Assembly: GCA_963675665.1 (NCBI GenBank)
Contig: OY776510.1
Coordinates: forward strand, 3,712,001-3,776,000
Source of the DNA: Spirochaetia bacterium
Lineage (GTDB): Bacteria; Spirochaetota; Spirochaetia; UBA9216
Direction: 5' to 3'
Length of the DNA: 64,000 bases
Positions 10,465-19,726 of the stretch are shown piece by piece. Each line of letters opens with the position of its first letter. Within the stretch, counting starts at the first letter, position 1. The position numbers and the translations under genes were made by a program. The notes beneath the pieces were generated by a model. The model had not been told where the DNA came from and ran no database searches. It saw nothing but the letters and a program-made list of their open reading frames with translations.

Positions 10465-12339
10465 ATGAAATTTCCTCACTTTCGCAGCAACATAAAATTG
10501 TTCAAAAATGATAAATTTTCGCGTGATAAAGATAACAAAGGGTTTTTAAATGAAATTATTCTTGAATCTCTGAATGAATCCGAACGTGAAAAAGAGCAGA
10601 TTCTTAACAGCCTGATGGAACAAATCAGTTACCTTGATTTGGATTATAAAATTAAATGGGTAAACGAAGCCGGTTTAAAAAATTTGCCGGTTGAATTATC
10701 CATTTCTGATGTTCTCGGCAAGCCATGCTATACAGTCTGGTACAACCGTAAAACTCCATGTGAATCATGCCCGGTATCGACAACAATTAAAACCGGCTGG
10801 CCGTGGAAAGAAGAAATCGAACACATTGACGGCACTACAAAGCTCATTTCGTCTCAGCCTGTACATGACGATAATGAAACACTAATCGGTATTATTGAAT
10901 CTGAAATAGATATCACATTACGAAAAGATGTTGAACGCGCACTTGAAAAGTCTCAGCATCGCTCAAGAGCACTTCTTGATGCAATTCCCGACATGCTTAT
11001 TGTCTTTAATAACAGCGGAAAATTTCTTGATTATCACCCGGGCGCAGATTTCGATTTGCTGACAACTGATTCTAATCTTGAAGGAAAATATCTCACGGAA
11101 ATAATGCCTGCCGGCCTTTCCGAAGAAATTGTCAAACAAAGCAAAGCTCTGGTTAATGTCGGAATTAAACGTAATTTTGAATTCAACACCCGGGTTTCAG
11201 GAGAAAACCTTTTTTATGATTGCCGGGTAATAAAAACCGGCACCGATGAAAACGTCTGTATAATTCAGGACATAAGCGTTCAGAAACACCGGGAAAAAGA
11301 TATTCTTATCAAGAGCTTCCACGACAGCCTGACAGGATTATACAATCGGTCTTACTTCGAAGAAGAACTTAAAAGGCTTGAAAACTCAAGGCATACGTTT
11401 CCTGTTTCAATTCTTGTTGTTGATGTTGACGGCCTGAAATTTACCAATGATGCCTTCGGTCATGATTTCGGCGATAAACTGCTGAAAAAGGTTTCTTCAA
11501 TTTTGGCATCGAACTGCAGAAAAGAAGACGTCATAGCACGCCTTGGAGGCGATGAGTTCGCCATCATTCTTCCCGGCAGTCCACTTATAAAAGCGGAGAT
11601 ACTGTCAAAGCGTATTCTTGAAGCATGCAGAACAAGCAAATGTGATGATTTCTTTGCCCGTCCAAGTGTCTCGATAGGCTGTGCCACCCAAAACGACGAC
11701 TCCGTCAGTTTGTCGGATATTATAAAAAAAGCCGATGAAAATATGTACAGGATGAAACTTGAAAACCGAAGTGCTCATCTAAATACATTAACCAAAGATA
11801 TCCTGAGTTCAATTAATAAATACAGTTATGAAAGTGAAGAACACTTAACCAGGTGCAGCACACTTTCAGAAAAATTCATCAGGACGTGCAATATCTCAAA
11901 TGTATCCATTGAAAACCTTCAAAAGCTTTCAATGCTTCATGACATCGGGAAAATCCGGATTCCGGGCGAAATTCTTTCAAAAAAAACTCCTTTATCAGAA
12001 ATTGAATTCTCAGAGATAAAGAAACATCCGATTATAGGTTACCGTATTATAAAAGCTTTACCTGATTATGCTTCAATTGCAAATTTAATCCTGTATCATC
12101 ATGAACACTGGGACGGCAGCGGGTATCCGTCCGGCCTTGCGGGTAAAGAAATCCCGCTTATCTGCCGGATTTTCAATATAGTTGAAGCCTTTGAGCTGAT
12201 CACAAACGGCAATATTTACAGGAAGGCCCGATCTATAAAGGATGCTGTATTCGAATTAGAAGAAAACGCCGGTAAACAGTTTGATCCGGATCTTGTTAAA
12301 AAATTCATCGACTTTATCACAAAAGAGAGCTTAAACTGA
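10465..12339 (+). CDS. PAS-PAS-GGDEF-HD-GYP c-di-GMP signalling protein
   Basis: DSLTGLYNR, RKED I-site, ARLGGDEF; HDIGK and HHEHWDGSGYP. Confidence 0.92.
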   Translation: MKFPHFRSNIKLFKNDKFSRDKDNKGFLNEIILESLNESEREKEQILNSLMEQISYLDLDYKIKWVNEAGLKNLPVELSISDVLGKPCYTVWYNRKTPCESCPVSTTIKTGWPWKEEIEHIDGTTKLISSQPVHDDNETLIGIIESEIDITLRKDVERALEKSQHRSRALLDAIPDMLIVFNNSGKFLDYHPGADFDLLTTDSNLEGKYLTEIMPAGLSEEIVKQSKALVNVGIKRNFEFNTRVSGENLFYDCRVIKTGTDENVCIIQDISVQKHREKDILIKSFHDSLTGLYNRSYFEEELKRLENSRHTFPVSILVVDVDGLKFTNDAFGHDFGDKLLKKVSSILASNCRKEDVIARLGGDEFAIILPGSPLIKAEILSKRILEACRTSKCDDFFARPSVSIGCATQNDDSVSLSDIIKKADENMYRMKLENRSAHLNTLTKDILSSINKYSYESEEHLTRCSTLSEKFIRTCNISNVSIENLQKLSMLHDIGKIRIPGEILSKKTPLSEIEFSEIKKHPIIGYRIIKALPDYASIANLILYHHEHWDGSGYPSGLAGKEIPLICRIFNIVEAFELITNGNIYRKARSIKDAVFELEENAGKQFDPDLVKKFIDFITKESLN

Positions 12340-13145
12340 TGCAGAATAAAAACAGTAAAATTAATTTGAGAAATGGTATTATCGATTCACATTTTCACCT
12401 GTTTCATATGAAAAAACGGGGAATGAATCACCTTGAAATTATTGAACAATGTTTTGATAGCGGGCTTGAATATGCTCTTGATATTGGAATAAACCCCGAG
12501 AATTTTCAGGAAAGAATTAAAACAGCGTTAAAATATCCGGGACTTTACACAGCACATGGTTATTATCCGTCGGAATGTACCAGTAAGGAACTTGATTCCA
12601 GCCTTGCCTATCTTGAGAGCTGCCTTAGCAATGATTCAAAAGCATTGGCTCTCGGAGAAATAGGTTTTGATTTTTTTCATGAATACGGCAATAAAAGTTT
12701 GCAGGAAGCCCTGTTACGCGATCAGCTTAAAATTGCTGACAAACTTGATTTGCCGGTTATTATTCACAGTCGTGATGCTGAAGCAGAGACTCTGCAGATT
12801 CTCGCAAATGAAACTCCTTCCAGGGGCGGTATTATTCACTGTTTTTCCTACTCTGCTGAAACGGCTTTGAAATTTATTGATATGGGCTTTTATATATCTT
12901 TCGCCGGGAATCTGACTTATAAAAAGTCCAAAACTATCCAGCAGGCGGCGGCTTTGATTCCTGTTGACCGCATTCTGCTTGAAACAGATGCCCCTTACCT
13001 GAGTCCGCAAAAAGTACGAGGACTTATGAATCATCCCGGCTATATCGGCTATACCTATGATTGCCTGGCTGAAATAAAAAATATCAACATCGAAGAACTG
13101 ATACCTGTAATAAATAATAACTTTAAAACACTTTTCAGGTTATAA
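12339..13145 (+). CDS. tatD: TatD-family deoxyribonuclease
   Basis: IDSHFH, GEIGFD, IIHSRDA, IIHCFS, LLETDAPYL. Confidence 0.93.
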   Translation: MQNKNSKINLRNGIIDSHFHLFHMKKRGMNHLEIIEQCFDSGLEYALDIGINPENFQERIKTALKYPGLYTAHGYYPSECTSKELDSSLAYLESCLSNDSKALALGEIGFDFFHEYGNKSLQEALLRDQLKIADKLDLPVIIHSRDAEAETLQILANETPSRGGIIHCFSYSAETALKFIDMGFYISFAGNLTYKKSKTIQQAAALIPVDRILLETDAPYLSPQKVRGLMNHPGYIGYTYDCLAEIKNINIEELIPVINNNFKTLFRL

Positions 13146-13221
13146 TCCGGGAACCTCTGATATGATGTGACCCATGTCAAGTTAAAATATCCAGGTTTTA
13201 TCTATAAGATCCCCCCCCTGT

Positions 13222-13420
13222 CCAGGACAGGAAGAAAGATAGAACAACGTTTATGCGGCGATAGACCACTCTGATATTCGCGGATTGGTTACCGCAGGTC
13301 AATGGGATCGTCGGGAGCTGCCTCTGTCTAAAACCGAGGATCAATATTATTATTGCCTCATAGAGGTGCCGAGGGTTCTCCTTTATCACTGTTGTTGTTC
13401 TATCCATCCTTCTGTCCTGG
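13222..13420 (-). ncRNA. Predicted seekRNA/bridge RNA of the IS1111-type element
   Basis: Long closing stem (CCAGGACAG...GATAGAACAAC / GTTGTTCTATC...CTGTCCTGG) encloses two loops carrying target-matching (GGCACCTCTA, TTTTAGA) and donor-matching (CATTG, ATATCAGA) segments. Confidence 0.75.
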
Positions 13421-13444
13421 TAGCTTATTAACCAACTATCGAAG

Positions 13445-14548
13445 TCATGCGACTTCTGTTCTACCTACCATCATTCCCCAAATAAATCCTGATAATTCTC
13501 TGGCAACTGCCGTAACAGTTTTCTGAGGGCATACCCCTCTACGAATCATCCTGAAATATTTCTTACTCAACCTTCTGCCGGCTTTATCAGCATAAGCTAT
13601 TGTTTCAGCAGATTGTCCTTTCCTTCTCGCTGTCAGTCGTTTCGATGGCGAATACCTTTGGTAATGCCAGCTTGATTCCACTAACAGCCGTCGTAGCCTG
13701 GAGTTGTCGGCCTTCGTAATCCCGCCAAGCTTCCGGCCCTCTCCGCTTGAGTATTCTGACGGCACAAGTCCAAGATACGCCATGAAGGATTCCGCTTTTT
13801 TAAATCTTCTGAAATCTCCTATCTCGCATACAAATGTTAATGCTGTTAATGTCTCTATACCTTTGAAACATCGAAGCCGGGATACCCTTTCTTTATATCT
13901 GTCTTCAGCAGCAATCTCTTCTATTTTTTCCTGCAACCGTTCAATCTTTTCCTCTAATTCCACAATCGCAAGATAATATTCTTTTAAAACTTCTTTATGC
14001 ATTACCTGTTCAAACTGCAAGTTTTTCAACCAGGTTCGATGCGCCCCTGTCCAGTACTTTTTCCCAATATCATATTTCTTCCCGTTCCTTAGCAGAAACT
14101 GTAAGAGCCTCTGTTTCTGTTTCCTCAAATCAATTTTCATATCGTTACACATCCTCATGTAATCACGAACTGATTCATCTGTGCGTGTCGGTATATTCAC
14201 CGGTGTTATTTCCTGATTCCTTAATGCTCTGGCTAATTTGACTGCATCCCTCTTGTCTGTCTTTATTCGGTCTCCGGGTTTCCTCGGCAATAATGATGGT
14301 GCTGCTACGTAACAGATAATTCCCATATCTTCAAGTAATCTATAAAGTGTAAATCCTGTAGGGCCTGCTTCGTAACAACACAGAATATTTTCTCCATTCT
14401 CTTTAAGTCGCTTGAAGAATCTTTTAATATTTCCGGGTTCGTTCCTGAGCTCTCTTTCAAACTCAGGATTCTGATAATTATCTCTGAATACCGCTACTGC
14501 GATTGATTCCTTGTGGACATCCATCCCTACATAAATTACACTATTCAT
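13445..14548 (-). CDS. IS110-family DEDD recombinase/transposase
   Basis: YVGMDVHK, YEAGPTG, KTDKRDA, LGLVPSEYSSG; GGAGG RBS before ATG 14548. Confidence 0.95.
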   Translation of the reverse strand: MNSVIYVGMDVHKESIAVAVFRDNYQNPEFERELRNEPGNIKRFFKRLKENGENILCCYEAGPTGFTLYRLLEDMGIICYVAAPSLLPRKPGDRIKTDKRDAVKLARALRNQEITPVNIPTRTDESVRDYMRMCNDMKIDLRKQKQRLLQFLLRNGKKYDIGKKYWTGAHRTWLKNLQFEQVMHKEVLKEYYLAIVELEEKIERLQEKIEEIAAEDRYKERVSRLRCFKGIETLTALTFVCEIGDFRRFKKAESFMAYLGLVPSEYSSGEGRKLGGITKADNSRLRRLLVESSWHYQRYSPSKRLTARRKGQSAETIAYADKAGRRLSKKYFRMIRRGVCPQKTVTAVARELSGFIWGMMVGRTEVA

Positions 14549-14652
14549 AGTGGCCTCCGTTCCTTTGTATGTGGCGTGTCTGCGCTTTGCCATTAGCCAT
14601 TGTGTAGGCTAATCCACGATTTTGCAAACACGGCGGTCACTTCATATTGTCT

Positions 14653-14790
14653 AATAACCCTAAATTGGGCTTATTAGAGGTTCCTTGGAGTTTATTTATT
14701 TCCTTATCAGTCAATAAATAAACATCCAGTACATCTAAGGAAGACTTCGAAAACTAAAGTTTTATAAAACTGCAGTTTTTAGAAGTCCCC
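14653..14790. repeat. Cluster of REP-like palindromes between convergent genes (right half of the IS target REP plus two more)
   Basis: Reconstructed GGAACCTCTAATAACCC-TAAATT-GGGCTTATTAGAGGTTCC; GTTTATTTATT...AATAAATAAAC; GACTTCGAAAACT...AGTTTTTAGAAGTC. Confidence 0.7.
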
Positions 14791-14796
14791 ATCCGT

Positions 14797-16029
14797 TTAT
14801 TCATCAAGTATTACAAGCTCAACCCTTCTGTTTACTGCACGTCCTTCATCTGTTGAATTATCCGCTAATGGTTCATCGCCGCCCCGCCCTTCATAAATAA
14901 AAACCTGCGGCAGCATGCCCAGTGCAGTAAGCTCATTTATTACAGTCAGCGCGCGCTGCTCTGATAAAACATACTGGCTTTCCTTTGTTCCGATATCCGC
15001 AGTATGTCCTATCACAAGAATCTTCTTTACATCAAGGCTGTTCAGAACATCAAAAATTGACTTAATCCTGTTCCTTTCTTCAGGCAGAATTTCAACAGAA
15101 TCAGGAACAAAATGCAAATTCTGAATACTTAGGGCTATACCCTCGGCTTTTTCAATTACTTCAACATCAGTCAGATCGGCAAGTTCCAGGCTCTTTTCCG
15201 TTTTCCCGGCAACGTCAACTCTATCCATTCCGATAATGTCATTATACCAGGTCAGAATAAAGCCGGAATGTTCTCTGACTCTCCCGCTGAAATACAAATA
15301 CTGTTCATCAAGCTGATCACGAATAAATATGGAAGACCTGTCTTCATCATCAATAGTTATAGTAAGCAGATGTTTTCCTGAAATCTGTTTCAAATCCGGA
15401 TCGTTCATACTGGAATCTCCAGGTTTATAACGCATTGCATACTGTGCGGTGATGAAATGCTTTGGCCCTGTTTTTGTCTCTTTCAACCCGTCATAGCGGT
15501 ATTCACAGTAAAATTTTACCCTGGTGTATTTACCGTTGTTGTCCGGATCTACAATCCGCTCTCCGTAATCTTTCCATTTGTCACCCGGAAGTACCTCTTC
15601 AGGAGAAAAGACCGGAAAACTTCGAAGAACAGGGACTACCTGATCCGGCCCGGTACGATAATGTCCCTGATCGTCGATCAGGATTTCACAATATTCATTG
15701 AGATTAACCGGATTAGCAATCAATCTTGTATCCTGTTTTGATGCTTCAAAAACATAGTAATTGCCGGCATACTGTGAATAACCGTCTTCATACCACATAT
15801 ACTGAAGGACCGCTCTTGATTCGTTATAGGTTAAACCTGCATAATTTCCGTTCTCAGTAACCCGTATATTTGAACGTTCAATTATTTTCAGCTTGTTCGA
15901 GCTTCCGAACATAAAGAGAACAGCTTCTTCAGAATATAAGTTCTGAAGCACGATAGAGGATAAGATAATCAACAAAACTGTAAAAAAAAGGTTCCTTCTG
16001 CGAAGGAACCTGAAAATGTATCTATACAT
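14797..16029 (-). CDS. OmpA-family (peptidoglycan-binding C-terminal domain) protein
   Basis: IGHTAD, LSEQRA, GRGGDEPLADN, NRRVEL. Confidence 0.88.
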   Translation of the reverse strand: MYRYIFRFLRRRNLFFTVLLIILSSIVLQNLYSEEAVLFMFGSSNKLKIIERSNIRVTENGNYAGLTYNESRAVLQYMWYEDGYSQYAGNYYVFEASKQDTRLIANPVNLNEYCEILIDDQGHYRTGPDQVVPVLRSFPVFSPEEVLPGDKWKDYGERIVDPDNNGKYTRVKFYCEYRYDGLKETKTGPKHFITAQYAMRYKPGDSSMNDPDLKQISGKHLLTITIDDEDRSSIFIRDQLDEQYLYFSGRVREHSGFILTWYNDIIGMDRVDVAGKTEKSLELADLTDVEVIEKAEGIALSIQNLHFVPDSVEILPEERNRIKSIFDVLNSLDVKKILVIGHTADIGTKESQYVLSEQRALTVINELTALGMLPQVFIYEGRGGDEPLADNSTDEGRAVNRRVELVILDE

Positions 16030-16034
16030 TTATT

Positions 16035-16763
16035 CTACCATACGTCGGCAATATCATCCTCATCTCTGTTGTTTTCAGTGAAGAGATCCGTAGTTGCTCT
16101 AAGATCATCAAAATAAATATAATACGAACCATATGTTTCTTCAGGATCACAGTCAACCCTGAAACCAAGAATCTCTATCCCCATACGGTTAACATAGTGA
16201 TAATCTTTCTGAACAATATGGGTAGGTATTGCAACAGTCATTTTTTTCCAGCCTGCAAAATTCAGTTTACCCATCGTAACTTCGGCTTTATTACCGAACT
16301 GATCTTTGATCAAAAGTTTAAGAGTATGATTTGTATTTCTTCCGATTACCCAAACCGAAACGGTTTTACAGATACCTTCAATAGGCATGGGATGTGATGG
16401 AATAACCGAAAAAGAGGTTACTGACCTTTTATAAAAATTCACACGACAGCCTAAAACATAATCATCCGCCTCGTTAATACCAAGGTTTTCTTCATCCGCT
16501 ATAGGTTCCTTGTCTATCGGACTTCCTTCTATCTTCCTGATTGAAGTTATACCGGAATCTCTCGGCATCTGACTTGACCACATACCTGCATCTTCAAATT
16601 TCGTAATTGAGATTTCCTTAAGCTCCTGCTGAGCAGTATCTACTCCGACCTGGGCAGGATCAGGTTCCCCGACCCGGCTTGTCGACTGCGCGAACAGACC
16701 TGTAACAGAAAATGTGAAAATAACAAGAAGCACCAGAACTGTTTTGAATCTTTTAATATTCAT
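16035..16763 (-). CDS. flaA: Flagellar filament outer layer (sheath) protein FlaA
   Basis: Signal peptide; VSVWVIGRN, GKLNFAGWKKM, YIYFDDL typical of spirochaete FlaA. Confidence 0.85.
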   Translation of the reverse strand: MNIKRFKTVLVLLVIFTFSVTGLFAQSTSRVGEPDPAQVGVDTAQQELKEISITKFEDAGMWSSQMPRDSGITSIRKIEGSPIDKEPIADEENLGINEADDYVLGCRVNFYKRSVTSFSVIPSHPMPIEGICKTVSVWVIGRNTNHTLKLLIKDQFGNKAEVTMGKLNFAGWKKMTVAIPTHIVQKDYHYVNRMGIEILGFRVDCDPEETYGSYYIYFDDLRATTDLFTENNRDEDDIADVW

Positions 16764-17494
16764 TATTCACCCCACATCTCATCAATCTTCTCAGGCCAAG
16801 TGAGCGTATCACCGTCAAATCTAGACTCAAACACATCAGTTAGAACCTTCAAATGGTCGACATATACAAAATATTCATGAACAGATTCCTGCGGTTTTGT
16901 CCATATCATAAGCTTTTCGAAGGTCATCTGTTTGTAATACGGTATATACTGTGTCGCCTGAGGGATATAATTAGGTATATCTACGGCAAGGTTTTTCCAC
17001 CCTGAATATCTGAGATTTCCAAGCGGCAGAACCCAGTTCATACCGTTATAATCCATTAAATGCATTTCAATGTCGTAATCATACATCGAACCCCATACCC
17101 AGCAATCAAAAGTTTTTACGCGGCCGCGCAACGGAATCGGGTTGTGTTCCCATTCTTCGGCTGTTGCGTCGACAACAGGAATTATTTCCAGGTAGTTATA
17201 TCCCTTTCTGTCGAACCTGGCATTAATACCAAGGACCTCATAGTCAATCTGTTCTTTGTTATATCCCCAAAGAGCTTCCGGCCAGGTTTTTGCATAAACC
17301 TGTTTCGGGTAATCTTCTGTTATAAATTTACTGCCTACTACAAGCCAATCACTCGTTCTGTCGTCCGGATCGAAGCTTTCCACAACTATCGAAACCAGAT
17401 TTTCTGTTGATTCGTCGGCAAACACCGTCGATGGAATAACGAAAGCAATGGCGAGTAACATACACAGGGAAAAGACGCTACCTCGTTTCATCAT
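16763..17494 (-). CDS. flaA: Flagellar filament outer layer (sheath) protein FlaA paralogue
   Basis: Signal peptide; FDCWVWGS, LGNLRYSGWKNL, IPQ, YVDHLKVLTD. Confidence 0.85.
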   Translation of the reverse strand: MMKRGSVFSLCMLLAIAFVIPSTVFADESTENLVSIVVESFDPDDRTSDWLVVGSKFITEDYPKQVYAKTWPEALWGYNKEQIDYEVLGINARFDRKGYNYLEIIPVVDATAEEWEHNPIPLRGRVKTFDCWVWGSMYDYDIEMHLMDYNGMNWVLPLGNLRYSGWKNLAVDIPNYIPQATQYIPYYKQMTFEKLMIWTKPQESVHEYFVYVDHLKVLTDVFESRFDGDTLTWPEKIDEMWGE

Positions 17495-17568
17495 TTTTAC
17501 TCCTTAATGTAGTACAAAAGTCACATATTACAAGACATTTTGAATTATATTTCTTACGAATATGTTTG

Positions 17569-18492
17569 TCAAATCTTTTTCTTTTTTAACCCGTTCTGGT
17601 ACAAAAAAAATTCAGCTTCTATCAAAATCGGATCATCATAATTATCTATGCTGATATAGTTTACGATTTCCGTCAGAATACGAATTGTACCCAGTTCTAT
17701 TGAAGCCGCAATACTGTAACCAGCAAAATTCCACGGTCCTGAATTAATTGTAACAACAGAAACCGGTTTGTCGCTTAAACCCGTAACGACAGTTTCAGTA
17801 TACGGCCCTGCGAAAACTGCCGCAATACCTTCGCCGCCCTGAAAAAAAGCCTCATACCCGGTCAGAAGATCATTACCGGACACCTCCGTATCCTTAACAC
17901 TTGAAACATTCAGATTTTTTCGTTCATTTACAGTCTCCCATCCGCTGATAAAAGATGATTCAGAATCTGGATAAAGTTTTTCATCCTTAAAAAACACAGC
18001 ATGGGTTTTTTCATCCCTTGTCCCTGCCCAGACGCCTGCCGAATGGAAAGCTTTTTTGTAATCATATACAACTTTTACGGTATTATCAGTCCCGGCAGTA
18101 CTTCCGGTTCCGGTAAGAACAAATATTTTATCAGTGTATTCTCCGGCAATTTCTCCTGCTTCAGCGGAAAAAAGCGGGCTGAGGATAATATAACTTTCGC
18201 CGCAATTCTTAACCGCATCAGCAACCGCAGCCCTGTCTTTATCTTTTCCTTCAGCTTCTATTACAATTTTTTTTACTTTTTTTCCTTTGAGCCTGAAGCT
18301 TTCGCTTTGCAGAAACGGTATGTGTGAAAAAACAGCATTTTTCAGCGAATAGAATTTATCAGCTTCCAATTCACGATTCAGCGCAATATCCCAGAATTGA
18401 TCAGTGATGAGACACACAGGCTGAGAGTTTGCAGCCGCAATAAAAAATAAAACTAAAAAAACTGAAATAATTATTATCTTTTTATGATTCAT
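17569..18492 (-). CDS. Exported protein with periplasmic-binding-protein (BMP-like) character
   Basis: Signal peptide; AGEYTDKIFVL and YDYKKAFHSAG resemble BMP/PnrA segments. Confidence 0.5.
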   Translation of the reverse strand: MNHKKIIIISVFLVLFFIAAANSQPVCLITDQFWDIALNRELEADKFYSLKNAVFSHIPFLQSESFRLKGKKVKKIVIEAEGKDKDRAAVADAVKNCGESYIILSPLFSAEAGEIAGEYTDKIFVLTGTGSTAGTDNTVKVVYDYKKAFHSAGVWAGTRDEKTHAVFFKDEKLYPDSESSFISGWETVNERKNLNVSSVKDTEVSGNDLLTGYEAFFQGGEGIAAVFAGPYTETVVTGLSDKPVSVVTINSGPWNFAGYSIAASIELGTIRILTEIVNYISIDNYDDPILIEAEFFLYQNGLKKKKI

Positions 18493-18571
18493 TCCAGCTA
18501 ATGCTACCCTGTTCAGCCCGGTTTATTCAACCACAAATTTTGATATAATGTGCTATTCCATCCGCTTCGCC

Positions 18572-18600
18572 TTGACATTGTAAACATCTGTGATTAATCT
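18572..18600 (+). promoter_or_regulatory. Sigma70 promoter of fba
   Basis: TTGACA-17 nt-TAATCT upstream of the AAGGAG RBS. Confidence 0.55.
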
Positions 18601-18633
18601 ACAAATTGAATCAACCTACAAAGGAGTTAAAGG

Positions 18634-19626
18634 ATGACTTCATATAAAGAACTTGGTCTTGTAAACACTAAAGAAATGTTTGCCAGGGCTGTGAAAGGCG
18701 GATATGCTATTCCCGCTTATAATTTTAATAATATGGAACAGATGCAGGCAATTATCCAGGCATGTGTTGAAACAAAATCACCTGTTATTCTTCAGGTTTC
18801 CGCCGGAGCAAGGAAGTATGCCAACGGTACGCTTCTCAGAAATATGGCGAAGGGTGCTGTTGAATATGCCCATGAGCTTGGATACGATATTCCTGTAGTA
18901 CTTCATCTTGACCACGGCGCCGACTTCGAAATCTGCAAAGAATGTATTGATAACGGTTTTTCTTCAGTAATGATAGACGGAAGCCATTTTCCCTATGAAG
19001 AAAATGTAGCTCTTACAAAAAAAGTTGTTGAATACGCCCACAAGTTCGACGTAACAGTTGAAGGCGAGCTTGGCGTTCTTGCAGGTATTGAGGATGATGT
19101 TGTTGCAGAACACTCAACCTATACACAACCCGAAGAAGTAATTGATTTTGTTGAGAAAACAGGTGTTGATTCACTTGCAATCTCGATCGGGACTTCACAC
19201 GGGGCCAATAAATTCAAACCGGAACAGTGCACCAGAAATGCCGAAGGCATCCTGATTCCTCCTCCGCTGCGTTTCGATATCCTCGAAGAAATTGAAAAAC
19301 AGCTTCCCGGTTTTCCGATTGTTCTTCACGGTTCTTCATCCGTACCCCAGGATCAGGTTGCAATAATTAATGCCAACGGCGGAGCCCTTCAGGATGCAGT
19401 CGGTATTCCCGAAGAACAGTTGAGAAAAGCCGCCAAATCTGCCGTCTGCAAGATAAATATTGATTCAGACGGAAGACTTGCAATGACAGCCGCCATCAGA
19501 AAACATCTTGCGGAGAATCCGGGGCATTTTGATCCCAGGCAGTACCTGGGCCCGGCCAGAGAATCACTTAAAAATATTTACAAAGCAAAAAACATCAATG
19601 TTCTCGGTTCTGCCGGCCAGGCATAA
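18634..19626 (+). CDS. fba: Class II fructose-bisphosphate aldolase
   Basis: LHLDHG, SVMIDGS, GTSHGA, VLHGSS, KINIDSD, FDPRQYL. Confidence 0.97.
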   Translation: MTSYKELGLVNTKEMFARAVKGGYAIPAYNFNNMEQMQAIIQACVETKSPVILQVSAGARKYANGTLLRNMAKGAVEYAHELGYDIPVVLHLDHGADFEICKECIDNGFSSVMIDGSHFPYEENVALTKKVVEYAHKFDVTVEGELGVLAGIEDDVVAEHSTYTQPEEVIDFVEKTGVDSLAISIGTSHGANKFKPEQCTRNAEGILIPPPLRFDILEEIEKQLPGFPIVLHGSSSVPQDQVAIINANGGALQDAVGIPEEQLRKAAKSAVCKINIDSDGRLAMTAAIRKHLAENPGHFDPRQYLGPARESLKNIYKAKNINVLGSAGQA

Positions 19627-19647
19627 ACTTTCTATAAAAACCAAAAA

Positions 19648-19679
19648 GGGGCATCTTCCGGCAAGGTGCCCTTTTTTTT
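19648..19679 (+). terminator. Rho-independent terminator after fba
   Basis: GGGCATCTT-CCGGC-AAGGTGCCC followed by a T8 run. Confidence 0.8.
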
Positions 19680-19726
19680 ATTGAAAAGTATCGTAAACGG
19701 AATAAATGGTTTAAAATATTTCGGTA

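Larger units (their letters stand above)
13159..14652 (-). mobile_element. IS110-family, IS1111-type insertion sequence (1494 bp) inserted in a REP-like palindrome
   Basis: TCT core on both sides (13156-58 and 14650-52). Sub-terminal IRs ATATGATGTGACC (13160-72) and GGTCACTTCATAT (14635-47). Long non-coding end downstream of the transposase. Confidence 0.9.

Noticed and set aside
13198-13407. 69-aa ORF inside the IS1111-type element
   Set aside because: It coincides with the structured guide RNA region and has no protein features.
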